Positions 28,411 to 36,494 are shown, counted from the first letter of the stretch. The stretch: DNA of 64,000 nt from a virus (IMGVR_UViG_3300030330_005091:64001-128000); one strand, 5' to 3'. The notes: a model not told the origin generated them from the sequence alone. Numbers and translations: made by a program.

Positions 28411-28757
28411 TATGCACTCTCCCGCTTTGCACGCGAATCTTCAATCATCTTCTCAATCCAGTGCCCACCAAACTCTGCTGCATACTCGTTGCGGAGCACC
28501 AGCAGCTTCTCACCGTCTTTAGTTTCGTTCTTCAGCTTGTAGCCGGGGATCACAAACTCCGTGCCGATAGGGGCACCCAGGAAGCACTCACACACAGCGT
28601 AGGGCACCGACTTCCATCGGCTTTTAGTCTCGCCAGTTGCCTTGTCCTTCCAGCTACGACGGAAGCGCCGAAACTGCATATCGACAACGCGGGCTTGAAT
28701 GTTCGCGCCCGATGCGGATGGGATGATTACGAGGTCGTCTTTTGTGAGATAGGCCAT
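28410..28757 (-). CDS. hypothetical protein (SH3-like N-terminus)
   Basis: LTKDDLVII; AGGAGG SD. Confidence 0.7.
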   Translation of the reverse strand: MAYLTKDDLVIIPSASGANIQARVVDMQFRRFRRSWKDKATGETKSRWKSVPYAVCECFLGAPIGTEFVIPGYKLKNETKDGEKLLVLRNEYAAEFGGHWIEKMIEDSRAKRESA

Positions 28758-28782
28758 TGTGGTCCTCCTTGATTACCTATAT

Positions 28783-28836
28783 AATATATCACAGGCAGAT
28801 GTAAAGATCAATAGAAAAGTTGTCAAGAGGTTGTCA
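28783..28836 (-). promoter_or_regulatory. TGACA-box promoter cassette
   Basis: TGACA-N6-TGACA-N9-TTGATC-N17-TATATT. Confidence 0.85.
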
Positions 28837-29002
28837 AGACAGTTAAACTGTTCTCAAAACACCACTCTTTGTGACCGGGACCGAAAAGCGACTCGCCCTG
28901 TGTAGTCCAAAGAACGTGTGCGCCAATGTCGCCCCGTACCTCAAGCACGATACCGATCTGTTCGGTAAGAAAATGTTTAACAATATCACCTACTTGCGGC
29001 AC
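28823..29002 (-). CDS. MxVGDLV array member (59 aa, not in ORF track)
   Basis: GTG start MPQVGDIVKHF...HVLW...LTTS; GGAGGT SD. Confidence 0.7.
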   Translation of the reverse strand: MPQVGDIVKHFLTEQIGIVLEVRGDIGAHVLWTTQGESLFGPGHKEWCFENSLTVLTTS

Positions 29003-29171
29003 TTATCACCTCCATATAATGTGTTGCCACCTCATGTACCTTTGTCTGGCCATGAGCGGTCCACGCTATACGTGCCCAGCCTCTCGACGGACCCAAATCT
29101 CTCAGATCCAGTATAATACCAGAACCCATCAGTGTTCCATACTTGTGTTTTACAATGTCACCGACTTGCAT
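28986..29171 (-). CDS. MxVGDLV array member
   Basis: MQVGDIV...MEVISAASR. Confidence 0.8.
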   Translation of the reverse strand: MQVGDIVKHKYGTLMGSGIILDLRDLGPSRGWARIAWTAHGQTKVHEVATHYMEVISAASR

Positions 29172-29328
29172 TAAGTACCTCCAAGAATCGACTACTCTCG
29201 ATCTTAGGCTTGGGCTCATTTGTCCACATCACCCATACGTCATCGTCTTTGGCCCAGCGCCTTTTGCAAGGCCCCATCACAAGGCCAACCGATCCTCTCC
29301 AGCTTACTAATGTTCCTGTTTTAAGCAT
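29158..29328 (-). CDS. MxVGDLV array member (head of array)
   Basis: MLKTGTLV...VWVMW...LEVLNASR. Confidence 0.75.
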   Translation of the reverse strand: MLKTGTLVSWRGSVGLVMGPCKRRWAKDDDVWVMWTNEPKPKIESSRFLEVLNASR

Positions 29329-29349
29329 ATCTCTCCCTTTCATATATAT

Positions 29350-29403
29350 AATATAACACCTGAGAGCATGAAAGTCAATGCTTCAAATGTCAAGGAAATG
29401 TCA
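29350..29403 (-). promoter_or_regulatory. TGACA-box promoter cassette
   Basis: TGACA-N6-TGACA-N9-TTGACT-N17-TATATT. Confidence 0.85.
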
Positions 29404-29781
29404 AGGCTTTTCTGACAGGATAGAATACTTGAGCGTCGGTGAAATGTTTGAGTATTCAAACTTCTCGAACTCATTTTCTTTGCGGTCCTTGAAGGTATGG
29501 CCAACGATGAACATCTTGCCCACAAGATCACTTTCAGGGTCGGTAACAACCCAGAAAGTGTGCTTCATACCTCGCTCACGATGAGCGCACACAACGCCCG
29601 TACCCTTCGGTATGACGCCAGCATGCCAGAACTGCGATACGTTGCCGTCTGCATCGCGCCAGTAGTGCGGGATACCTGTGGCGTCTTTGATGGTATCAAA
29701 CATGCTGAGATTGATGAACGGCACCTCTGCATCCCGTTTGAAGAACCCGACTGTGTGTCGCCTGACCTTGGCTTGCTTCAT
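29401..29781 (-). CDS. hypothetical protein
   Basis: ATGA-coupled; stop in cassette box. Confidence 0.65.
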   Translation of the reverse strand: MKQAKVRRHTVGFFKRDAEVPFINLSMFDTIKDATGIPHYWRDADGNVSQFWHAGVIPKGTGVVCAHRERGMKHTFWVVTDPESDLVGKMFIVGHTFKDRKENEFEKFEYSNISPTLKYSILSEKP

Positions 29782-29984
29782 TGTTGCACTCTTGGCGAGA
29801 ACATTTCAATCTCCTGCTTTGAATACCAGCGTTCAGCATCGCCAGCAAGCTGACACATCAGACGCATCCGCATCTCATCCGTCCGCGACCAATCGCCCGA
29901 GATTGGAACAATCTCTGTACGAAGACCGACAACGATTTTCTTTTCATCTGTCCGTAAAACCTTAACAATATCACCCACTTGCAC
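29778..29984 (-). CDS. MxVGDLV array member
   Basis: MQVGDIVKV. Confidence 0.75.
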   Translation of the reverse strand: MQVGDIVKVLRTDEKKIVVGLRTEIVPISGDWSRTDEMRMRLMCQLAGDAERWYSKQEIEMFSPRVQQ

Positions 29985-30126
29985 TAATCACCTCCAGCGA
30001 TGTCCCATAGTTGTCGGCATCCTCAACGATGCCATCATCGAACCACTTAATCAATGTCTCATAGGCATTGACGCATATCACGATTGCCAAATGCCCGTTG
30101 CTGCTTACCAGATCACCGACTTGCAT
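29971..30126 (-). CDS. MxVGDLV array member (51 aa, not in ORF track)
   Basis: MQVGDLVSS...IKW...LEVISASG. Confidence 0.75.
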   Translation of the reverse strand: MQVGDLVSSNGHLAIVICVNAYETLIKWFDDGIVEDADNYGTSLEVISASG

Positions 30127-30277
30127 TGATCACCTCCATGTGTTGTTCGTGCATAAGAGAGATTCCGCCATGCCAGAAGATGTGCCAAAAGCCATCACCA
30201 TGCACAGGGGTTGGCTCGACCAAGATACATGGTCCGGGCGTTGCAAACGTGCAGTACATTAGGTCACCCGCTTGCAT
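30113..30277 (-). CDS. MxVGDLV array member (54 aa, not in ORF track)
   Basis: MQAGDLMY...WHIFW...MEVINASR. Confidence 0.75.
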   Translation of the reverse strand: MQAGDLMYCTFATPGPCILVEPTPVHGDGFWHIFWHGGISLMHEQHMEVINASR

Positions 30278-30446
30278 TTAAGACCTCCATATCACATTCA
30301 GATGCGATTGTTCGAGCGCAAGTGTGATCGCGCAGCGCGACAACCCACGCAGCGTTGCCAAGCGCGTGACCCCACGGCTTGACAATCACGCCAATCTTGC
30401 CGCCAGCATGCTTTGTGTCCACTCTAACCAAATCACCGACTTTCAC
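30264..30446 (-). CDS. MxVGDLV array member
   Basis: MKVGDLV...MEVLNASG. Confidence 0.8.
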   Translation of the reverse strand: MKVGDLVRVDTKHAGGKIGVIVKPWGHALGNAAWVVALRDHTCARTIASECDMEVLNASG

Positions 30447-30615
30447 TGATTACCTCCAGCCATTTCTTCGGTTCCCATGATGCTTCTGCATCTTCAATCC
30501 AATATACTTCAACACGACCAAGCCCATGCTTTTCCCCGTCTGGTTTCTCTCTCAAAACAATACCTGTGGCTGGCTCAATCGACCCAGGCATTATTACCAA
30601 ATCACCGACTTGCAC
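30433..30615 (-). CDS. MxVGDLV array member
   Basis: MQVGDLV...VEVYW...LEVISESR. Confidence 0.8.
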   Translation of the reverse strand: MQVGDLVIMPGSIEPATGIVLREKPDGEKHGLGRVEVYWIEDAEASWEPKKWLEVISESR

Positions 30616-30787
30616 TGATCACCTCCAAATGTTGTGGTTGAAAGCAACACACGGCCCCAGTGTGGGACAACATGACGCCCCACAAATCAGATACCTTAAA
30701 GTATTCGACAACGATACCTGTCGCAAATGACCCGTTAGCGCGTCGGCTATGGACTGTCAGACATTTAACTAAGTCACCGACTTTCAT
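30602..30787 (-). CDS. MxVGDLV array member
   Basis: MKVGDLV...LEVISASR. Confidence 0.8.
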   Translation of the reverse strand: MKVGDLVKCLTVHSRRANGSFATGIVVEYFKVSDLWGVMLSHTGAVCCFQPQHLEVISASR

Positions 30788-30947
30788 TGACTACCTTCAA
30801 ATAGCATACTGAATAGTTACCCACATCGCCATCGTTCCATGTGACTTCAACTTCTTCCATATCGCCAATCTGTTCAGGATCTACGCATGTGATAATACCC
30901 AACGCTGGCAATCCTCCCCGCATCTTAACTAAATCACCGACTTTCAT
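30774..30947 (-). CDS. MxVGDLV array member, head of array (57 aa, not in ORF track)
   Basis: MKVGDLVKM...VEVTW...LKVVNESR. Confidence 0.8.
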   Translation of the reverse strand: MKVGDLVKMRGGLPALGIITCVDPEQIGDMEEVEVTWNDGDVGNYSVCYLKVVNESR

Positions 30948-30969
30948 ATTTCTCCCTGATTACTTATAT

Positions 30970-31023
30970 AATATAGCATCATCGAACACTGCCGTCAATG
31001 GTTTGTTTGTCAAGGAAATGTCA
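30970..31023 (-). promoter_or_regulatory. TGACA-box promoter cassette
   Basis: TGACA-N6-TGACA-N9-TTGACG-N17-TATATT. Confidence 0.85.
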
Positions 31024-31212
31024 AGCCTCGCTGACAACTTCGATTTTATCCACCGAAGGGCTAATAATATGCACTCTTGCTCTCTCAAAGCACCACATTT
31101 GCCAAACACAGTCCTGACCACAATCAGGCGTTTGAAACACAATACCATGGAATGGACTTGTCCAGTCCTCTTCTTCACGGTATCTAACTTTAATCAAATC
31201 ACCGAGCTTCAT
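31021..31212 (-). CDS. MxVGDLV array member
   Basis: MKLGDLI...IEVVSEA. Confidence 0.75.
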   Translation of the reverse strand: MKLGDLIKVRYREEEDWTSPFHGIVFQTPDCGQDCVWQMWCFERARVHIISPSVDKIEVVSEA

Positions 31213-31405
31213 CAATCGGCTTCAGGTCAGTCAACGGCACACCGCGTAATGTGCCCTTGAACAATATACGGGCGAAGGGTTCAGGCTCAATATCTTTGAA
31301 GCTGACAGCCTTCCCGCGCTCTGCGGTGCGCCACATCTTACTTTCATAAAGTTCTGTAATGAGGGTCGGATGGCCATTCCACATTACCAAATCATTTACT
31401 TTCAT
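31199..31405 (-). CDS. MxVGDLV array member
   Basis: MKVNDLV...LKPIDEAR. Confidence 0.7.
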   Translation of the reverse strand: MKVNDLVMWNGHPTLITELYESKMWRTAERGKAVSFKDIEPEPFARILFKGTLRGVPLTDLKPIDEAR

Positions 31406-31530
31406 TAAAAACTCCAGATCGCATAGGCAATCATACCCAATGCTGATAAGATTCCAATCCAACTGACGATGAGAACATTTTTTTCGGCTGCCTCAATATC
31501 ATCTTTGAATGTTTTTTTATTGTGTTTCAT
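31405..31530 (-). CDS. small membrane peptide (41 aa, not in ORF track)
   Basis: MKHNKK...VSWIGILSALGMIAYAIWSF; coupled both sides. Confidence 0.5.
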   Translation of the reverse strand: MKHNKKTFKDDIEAAEKNVLIVSWIGILSALGMIAYAIWSF

Positions 31531-31753
31531 ATTCCACCTTTGCTGTTTTCACATAAAATACAACTTTGTCTCCATTTTTAACATGTTTAAGTTGTTTTTT
31601 ATTTAGCTTGACCCAAGTAAACGCGCCCGGTGCGTTCGTAATCTCAACCAAGACCATTCTATCAAAATACATTTGATCGTCTACAACTGTTCCGTTTAGT
31701 TTTGCTCTGTTAGCAGAACACCCGACTAAAAATAGTAAAGTTAAAAACTTCAT
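31517..31753 (-). CDS. small lipoprotein
   Basis: MKFLTLLFLVGC lipobox. Confidence 0.65.
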   Translation of the reverse strand: MKFLTLLFLVGCSANRAKLNGTVVDDQMYFDRMVLVEITNAPGAFTWVKLNKKQLKHVKNGDKVVFYVKTAKVEYETQ

Positions 31754-32049
31754 TTTACTCCCTCAATGTGGCGACATTTGCGCCGATAACTAAACCCAGG
31801 ACAGGTGCAAGAATATGCACCGTCAGATAGCTTGACTGTATAAATATTTCCTTTGCTACCCTCAACCTTCCATACCTTTTCTCCGGCAGGACGCTTGATT
31901 TCACGGGGCTTATAGGTCATGTATTTGTGCAGTTCATCAAAAGTTGTTTCTGGTGGGACTTCAACCCACGCAGAACCAGCGATTGCATAACAGATTCCAT
32001 CAGCATTTCTGAAAAGTGCCGGTGGTATTGATACTTCGATAGGTTTCAC
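31750..32049 (-). CDS. SWIM zinc-finger protein
   Basis: GSKGNIYTV...CTCPGF...CRHI. Confidence 0.85.
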   Translation of the reverse strand: MKPIEVSIPPALFRNADGICYAIAGSAWVEVPPETTFDELHKYMTYKPREIKRPAGEKVWKVEGSKGNIYTVKLSDGAYSCTCPGFSYRRKCRHIEGVK

Positions 32050-32121
32050 ATCAACCCCATTGTTACAATCATGCCGATCAGGAACCCAAGACCGACCATT
32101 ACTACATACTCAGTGACCATT

Positions 32122-32244
32122 TTATGCTCCACATGTAAAAAAATGAATACCAAAGAAAAGCAGTGCGCCCCAACACACGGCATCCACCGCGACCAAAGCC
32201 ATCGCAAATCTATTGCGTCCAATCATCATAGCTGTTTTACCCAT
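32122..32244 (-). CDS. small membrane peptide (40 aa), followed by a 24-aa TM peptide at 32046-32120
   Basis: AGGAGA SD directly behind cassette; hydrophobic. Confidence 0.5.
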   Translation of the reverse strand: MGKTAMMIGRNRFAMALVAVDAVCWGALLFFGIHFFTCGA

Positions 32245-32267
32245 TAGTGTTCTCCTGTCATACATAT

Positions 32268-32321
32268 AATATAGCATCGTCAATATCATTAGTCAACCTT
32301 TCAAATGTGAAGAAGATGTCA
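32268..32321 (-). promoter_or_regulatory. TGACA-box promoter cassette
   Basis: TGACA-N6-TCACA-N9-TTGACT-N17-TATATT. Confidence 0.8.
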
Positions 32322-32514
32322 AGTAGATTATATCATCAAGTCTTGGGTTTACCAAAAACTTCCCGCCGTCACACCAAACAATCCAAATAGTATCTTTCCA
32401 GCCGCCTGCACGCCTATCGTCATTGACATAAGCATCCAACACAATGCAAGGGTTTGACCAGTCATCTTCTCCAAAAGATTTTGGCTTGAATGAGATTAGA
32501 TCACCGACTCGCAC
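32293..32514 (-). CDS. MxVGDLV array member
   Basis: GTG start MRVGDLISF...WIVW. Confidence 0.75.
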   Translation of the reverse strand: MRVGDLISFKPKSFGEDDWSNPCIVLDAYVNDDRRAGGWKDTIWIVWCDGGKFLVNPRLDDIIYLTSSSHLKG

Positions 32515-32695
32515 TAACGACCTCAAGAACTTGCGTATCAAACCACACCGTTTCTCCGCCGGCGAATAAAACTTGTGCAGACTTTGTTTTGTGACCGGTC
32601 TTTGAAATCTGTAATACAAGCCCGTAGGATTTGGTGTGATAATCCATGCTATCGTTCAAAACACTTTCCCAACTTACCAAATCACCTACTTTCAC
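32501..32695 (-). CDS. MxVGDLV array member
   Basis: MKVGDLV...LEVVSASR. Confidence 0.8.
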   Translation of the reverse strand: MKVGDLVSWESVLNDSMDYHTKSYGLVLQISKTGHKTKSAQVLFAGGETVWFDTQVLEVVSASR

Positions 32696-32885
32696 TAATC
32701 ACTCTTATTTCATCCTGATACATAATAGAACCACCATCTTCACTCAGCCATATAGGGTGTCTCCACAGAACTTTGACGCCTGCGGGCTCTTGGGGCTGGC
32801 CCCACATATTAAGATCAGTTTCCAGCACAATCCCAATACCGTGTTCAGGCTCATTAATGTTTAGCACCAAATCACCCACCTTCAT
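32682..32885 (-). CDS. MxVGDLV array member
   Basis: MKVGDLV...VKVLW...IRVISESR. Confidence 0.8.
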   Translation of the reverse strand: MKVGDLVLNINEPEHGIGIVLETDLNMWGQPQEPAGVKVLWRHPIWLSEDGGSIMYQDEIRVISESR

Positions 32886-33048
32886 TGATTCTCTCCAGCT
32901 TTTTTGCTTGCTCATGTGTATAATGCCACTGGCCATTTATATTATCCCACTTTACAATCACATAGTCAAGTGTTATTTTGACAACAGATCCTACGGGGTT
33001 TTCCACTCTAAGCACAGACGCTCTTGTAACTCTGTCACCTACGTTCAC
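32872..33048 (-). CDS. MxVGDLV array member (58 aa, not in ORF track)
   Basis: MNVGDRV...VIVKW...LERINEGG. Confidence 0.75.
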   Translation of the reverse strand: MNVGDRVTRASVLRVENPVGSVVKITLDYVIVKWDNINGQWHYTHEQAKKLERINEGG

Positions 33049-33211
33049 TAATGACCTCCAATAAATCTACAGCCTCCCAAGAGTTATGTTGCTCGCCGTT
33101 CCATTTTACCATGACTTCTACACCTTTTTTTAGTTTCGGTCCCTGTGTCGCAGTTACAATACCATACCATTTGTGATACCTCACAAGGTCGCCTTTGTTT
33201 ATTTTTTTCAT
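33035..33211 (-). CDS. MxVGDLV array member (58 aa, not in ORF track)
   Basis: MKKINKGDLV...VMVKW...LEVISERR. Confidence 0.75.
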   Translation of the reverse strand: MKKINKGDLVRYHKWYGIVTATQGPKLKKGVEVMVKWNGEQHNSWEAVDLLEVISERR

Positions 33212-33432
33212 TCAACATGCTCCATAAACATTTCATGAAATCTTAACACAACACCGTTTGTCATGAGAACCTTCCACTGTTTTGGTTGTCTCTTGTCTTT
33301 GTCTTTGCCCCAATATTGAATCGTGATATTTCTTTCTATAAGGTGTCCCATTCTTGACGTAGGCATACGCTCATCATGTGTCCCTTCTTTGATGCGAACA
33401 AAGTCACCGCTATTAAATATCTTCTTCATCAT
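33208..33432 (-). CDS. small SH3/KOW-like protein
   Basis: FNSGDFVRI...WKVL. Confidence 0.7.
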   Translation of the reverse strand: MMKKIFNSGDFVRIKEGTHDERMPTSRMGHLIERNITIQYWGKDKDKRQPKQWKVLMTNGVVLRFHEMFMEHVE

Positions 33433-33778
33433 CTTCTAAGTTTTCTTTGTTATATATGTCATAATAAAACTCATCTGTTGAGGGCCCATCCCATTCCCAA
33501 GTGCTTTCATAGTATCCCTCATCGTTATAGCCTGATTCAAAAGTATAATGATTATAATATTCTTCGTCACTCATTGGAACATAAAAAAGCGTTCCAGTTT
33601 TTGTTGGGTCACCCAACTGATCCATTATATTCCCAAGAAGATAGCGCATGTATTGTATTTCTTCTTCGTTATCAACTTCTTGCTGGATGCGAGCCTTTTC
33701 AGCTTCTTCTTCTTCTTCTTCCTTCTGCTTGCGAAAAGCAGCGAGATCAACAACGTTGTCATCATATTCTTTCGACAT
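33413..33778 (-). CDS. acidic hypothetical protein
   Basis: NVVDLAAFRK motif; D/E-rich. Confidence 0.65.
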   Translation of the reverse strand: MSKEYDDNVVDLAAFRKQKEEEEEEAEKARIQQEVDNEEEIQYMRYLLGNIMDQLGDPTKTGTLFYVPMSDEEYYNHYTFESGYNDEGYYESTWEWDGPSTDEFYYDIYNKENLEDDEEDI

Positions 33779-34107
33779 TAGAATGGCACCTCATCTCTAA
33801 ATAGTGGAGAACATTCGGAAACCAACTGGTGGAATATTGTGTCTGCAAACCTTTTTGCAAGTTCGATGTGTGCAAGCGTAGCTTTGATATTGTGTTCATA
33901 GCTTAACGGAACATCGTTGAGGTCAAGGTCCGCCACAACACATACACCAGCATCGGTGCGGTGACCAATCTTGCGATGATATGATAGCAACTCACCATCA
34001 AGTGCCATCAAGGTATGATGGTGATTACGCGCATTTTTTCCTTCTTTCCACAACTTGAGTACATTAAAGTTGTCGGTCACATGTACGTTATCGTATGGAT
34101 TAATCAC
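33778..34107 (-). CDS. hypothetical protein (GTG start)
   Basis: GGAGAG SD before GTG 34107; L.SY...IG motif. Confidence 0.6.
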   Translation of the reverse strand: MINPYDNVHVTDNFNVLKLWKEGKNARNHHHTLMALDGELLSYHRKIGHRTDAGVCVVADLDLNDVPLSYEHNIKATLAHIELAKRFADTIFHQLVSECSPLFRDEVPF

Positions 34108-34375
34108 CTTTATCTCTCCAGATTTCGTCCGCAAATGTCTTAGTGAAGCGTAGCGATGCAATATCCTCAATGTCAAAGAGTTCGTCAGTTTTATACCTTT
34201 CCACAGCTTGCCTGCCAAACTTGCGAAGTGCTTTGATATATTCAATCTTGCCAAACGACTTGTTGCCAGCGCCATAAGGGACGCCAACATACTTCGTATA
34301 CATGATACGAACCATTTTGTATGCGTCCTCAATGCCATTAATGTCATCCGAGTCTATAACGATTGTCATTTTCAT
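34100..34375 (-). CDS. hypothetical protein (probably leaderless)
   Basis: ATG 6 nt after -10 of cassette. Confidence 0.65.
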   Translation of the reverse strand: MKMTIVIDSDDINGIEDAYKMVRIMYTKYVGVPYGAGNKSFGKIEYIKALRKFGRQAVERYKTDELFDIEDIASLRFTKTFADEIWRDKGD

Positions 34376-34381
34376 AACTAT

Positions 34382-34435
34382 AATATACCTTATTGCATTG
34401 GAGTTGTCAAGTCGTGCGATGTCATGTGGTTGTCA
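34382..34435 (-). promoter_or_regulatory. TGACA-box promoter cassette
   Basis: TGACA-N6-TGACA-N9-TTGACA-N17-TATATT. Confidence 0.85.
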
Positions 34436-34477
34436 AGAAAGGAAAATTTTGGGCGAAGGAAAAAATCGCGGATCGGG

Positions 34478-34795
34478 CTATCGGCTGGATGCCCTCAACA
34501 TCGGAACACCTGCTGGAACCTCCCCTTCGACCATGCCGCCGTGCTTCGCGATAACATTTGTTACCACTTGTGTTGGAACGTAGCCATAAACTGTGCCTGT
34601 TGGATCTTCTTTGTCCTCGCACCAATCCATCAAAAGCGGCTCTTCCGATGACGGGAAACCGACTTCGACTTCATCATAACTTTCTGCATTGTCGATGCGT
34701 GGTGAACAGTATGCGCCATCGTGGGCTTGCACGCTCATTTTGAACCCATCGGCGCAAACAACTTGTTGGTTTAATTTACTTCTAAATTTATTCAT
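34478..34795 (-). CDS. conserved phage hypothetical protein
   Basis: CADGFKMSVQA...YCSPR...EVGFPS...TVYGYVP...HGG. Confidence 0.8.
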   Translation of the reverse strand: MNKFRSKLNQQVVCADGFKMSVQAHDGAYCSPRIDNAESYDEVEVGFPSSEEPLLMDWCEDKEDPTGTVYGYVPTQVVTNVIAKHGGMVEGEVPAGVPMLRASSR

Positions 34796-34994
34796 CGTCT
34801 AAGATACTCTGGATTGCGGTGTGGAGTTCATACATTGATGGTGGTGCTTCGCGAGCGTCGTTCAAAATCTTTTGAATATCAATCAGCTTTTTTTGGGGCG
34901 AGATAATCTTAATCTTTGGATTCTCGGTCTCTTCTTTCTCGTTTGATTTGTTGCTCCACCTTGTTTCATAAAGGTTACGGTCATGGTATCCCAT
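34788..34994 (-). CDS. hypothetical protein
   Basis: AGGAGA SD. Confidence 0.6.
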   Translation of the reverse strand: MGYHDRNLYETRWSNKSNEKEETENPKIKIISPQKKLIDIQKILNDAREAPPSMYELHTAIQSILDDE

Positions 34995-35021
34995 TTATGT
35001 TTTTCTCCTTTGGGTTGTAAA

Positions 35022-35097
35022 TGGTGCGCCTAGCGGGATTTGAACCCGCGACACCTGCTTTATAAGAACAACGCTCTAACCCCTGAGCTATAGGCGC
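35022..35097 (-). tRNA. tRNA-Ile(UAU)
   Basis: cloverleaf GCGCCTA.../TAGGCGC ACCA, loop CT-TAT-AA, TTCAAAT. Confidence 0.85.
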
Positions 35098-35169
35098 GTG
35101 GGCTGGGGTTAACTTGTGGCGTCCGGTCGATTGACTCTAGTTTATGTCCGAGTAAGCTGTCTCCTAAAG

Positions 35170-35245
35170 TGGCACATCTGGTAGGATTCGAACCTACGAC
35201 TCTCGGCTTAGAAGGCCGATACTCTATCCACTGAGTTACAGATGC
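35170..35245 (-). tRNA. tRNA-Arg(UCU)
   Basis: cloverleaf, TCGGC-CT-TCT-AA-GCCGA, GCCA end. Confidence 0.92.
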
Positions 35246-35255
35246 ATTGATTGGT

Positions 35256-35537
35256 CTATGTCATTTCAAAAACATTGTCATATACATCAATCGGCTCGTT
35301 GGTGCTTTTGCGTGTTGATTCTGACTTTGCATTATCATTGACAAAATTATCGTAAAAATAAACTGGGTGGTCACCAGGCACCAAGGCTATCAAGCACATG
35401 TTATTGCTACCGCCCATTTTTGCGGCAGCTAACCACGCCGCTTTTCTATCTATAACTCCAGTATATCTTGAGCAACTTAGCTGTCCTTGTGGGCCTTGAA
35501 AAATGGCAGTATAAATCATCTCATTGTTCTCCATCAT
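35256..35537 (-). CDS. hypothetical protein
   Basis: ORF between tRNAs. Confidence 0.6.
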   Translation of the reverse strand: MMENNEMIYTAIFQGPQGQLSCSRYTGVIDRKAAWLAAAKMGGSNNMCLIALVPGDHPVYFYDNFVNDNAKSESTRKSTNEPIDVYDNVFEMT

Positions 35538-35772
35538 TTGTTTTGCTATCTCCTTGAGGATCTTTACATATAATAACAGGTACAGATTCTTCTGTCAACT
35601 TTAAAATGTAGAAAGTGTCGCCTTCTTTTACTACACACGGAAAAGCATGCAAAGGCAGCACAGCATGCCCAGCTTGTTGGGTCGCTGGGTTCATGTTAAT
35701 TTCAACCGTGGCGAAGAAGTCATCTCTCGAATCCACTGTTCCAACCAGTAGAAATGTAGTTAGTAGTTTCAT
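35521..35772 (-). CDS. hypothetical protein
   Basis: ORF between tRNAs. Confidence 0.6.
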   Translation of the reverse strand: MKLLTTFLLVGTVDSRDDFFATVEINMNPATQQAGHAVLPLHAFPCVVKEGDTFYILKLTEESVPVIICKDPQGDSKTNDGEQ

Positions 35773-35789
35773 ATTATTCTCTTATTAGA

Positions 35790-35866
35790 TGGTGGGCCCT
35801 CTGGGGCTCGAACCCAGGACTATCCCGTTATGAGCGGGGTGCTCTGACCAACTGAACTAAAGGCCC
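35790..35866 (-). tRNA. tRNA with CAU anticodon, probably Ile2 (lysidine) rather than Met
   Basis: GGGCCTT acceptor stem with C4-G69/C5-G68, loop CT-CAT-AA, ACCA. Confidence 0.85.
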
Positions 35867-35872
35867 GTGTTT

Positions 35873-36184
35873 TTAAAATTTGTTAGTTACTTGGAACACC
35901 GTATGATCTGCTCCCTTCTGTTCTGACTTCTCAATCTTTTTGTTGTTTTCTGGCCCCAATGGATCTTCAACCGGAGTATGGATACATGCTGCCATAAGAT
36001 CCTCTTTGTTAGTCCACCTAACAAGAACAATTCTGTCGTCTGTTTTTTCAATTCGACGTGTTCCATATTGCATGTATGGATATTTTGTTTTATATACTTC
36101 ACATGCTTGCTCAATCTCTTCTGTTGAGCCGGATGCCGTATAACATGTCTTGAAACAATCCATTGGTACTTCATAGTCTTGCAT
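35873..36184 (-). CDS. hypothetical protein
   Basis: AGGAGA SD. Confidence 0.6.
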   Translation of the reverse strand: MQDYEVPMDCFKTCYTASGSTEEIEQACEVYKTKYPYMQYGTRRIEKTDDRIVLVRWTNKEDLMAACIHTPVEDPLGPENNKKIEKSEQKGADHTVFQVTNKF

Positions 36185-36203
36185 ATTATCTATCTCCTTA
36201 AAG

Positions 36204-36278
36204 TGGTGGGTCGTCTGGGATTCGAACCCAGAACCTATTGGTTAAAAGCCAAGTGCTCTGCCGTTGAGCTAACGACCC
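36204..36278 (-). tRNA. tRNA-Lys(UUU)
   Basis: GGGTCGT/ACGACCC stem, CT-TTT-AA, ACCA. Confidence 0.92.
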
Positions 36279-36287
36279 GATTCTTAA

Positions 36288-36494
36288 TTAAAACTTGTGG
36301 AACTTCTCTTTTGGGTATCGGGATGGCTTGCAAAGACCTTCTTCAATCAGATGCATCGCGTGCCTACCAAACCAACCCTGCAATCTCCAAGCCAAGCCAG
36401 TGTCAATAAGATGCTGCCACGCTTCATAGTATTGTTCTGGTTTCTCAGGCTCTGTATAGCCTTCTGCAATATTAATAGCTTCCACATCAGACAT
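36288..36494 (-). CDS. conserved phage hypothetical protein
   Basis: AWQHLIDTGLAWRLQGWFGR.A..LIE.G. Confidence 0.75.
   Translation of the reverse strand: MSDVEAINIAEGYTEPEKPEQYYEAWQHLIDTGLAWRLQGWFGRHAMHLIEEGLCKPSRYPKEKFHKF

Larger units (their letters stand above)
29965..30947 (-). repeat. tandem array of ~30-bp junction repeats (TGGAGGT-N5-RTGMAAGTCGGTGAYYTRGT) at 142-172 bp period
   Basis: GGTGA units at 29971, 30113, 30264, 30433, 30602, 30774, 30934. Confidence 0.85.

Noticed and set aside
29965-30947. Periodic ~30-bp repeats resembling a CRISPR array
   Set aside because: Repeats are degenerate and protein-coding, spacers are 120-150 bp ORF bodies, and no cas genes are present
35098-35169. 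Possible extra tRNA or ncRNA between tRNA-Ile and tRNA-Arg
   Set aside because: No T-loop or cloverleaf could be built
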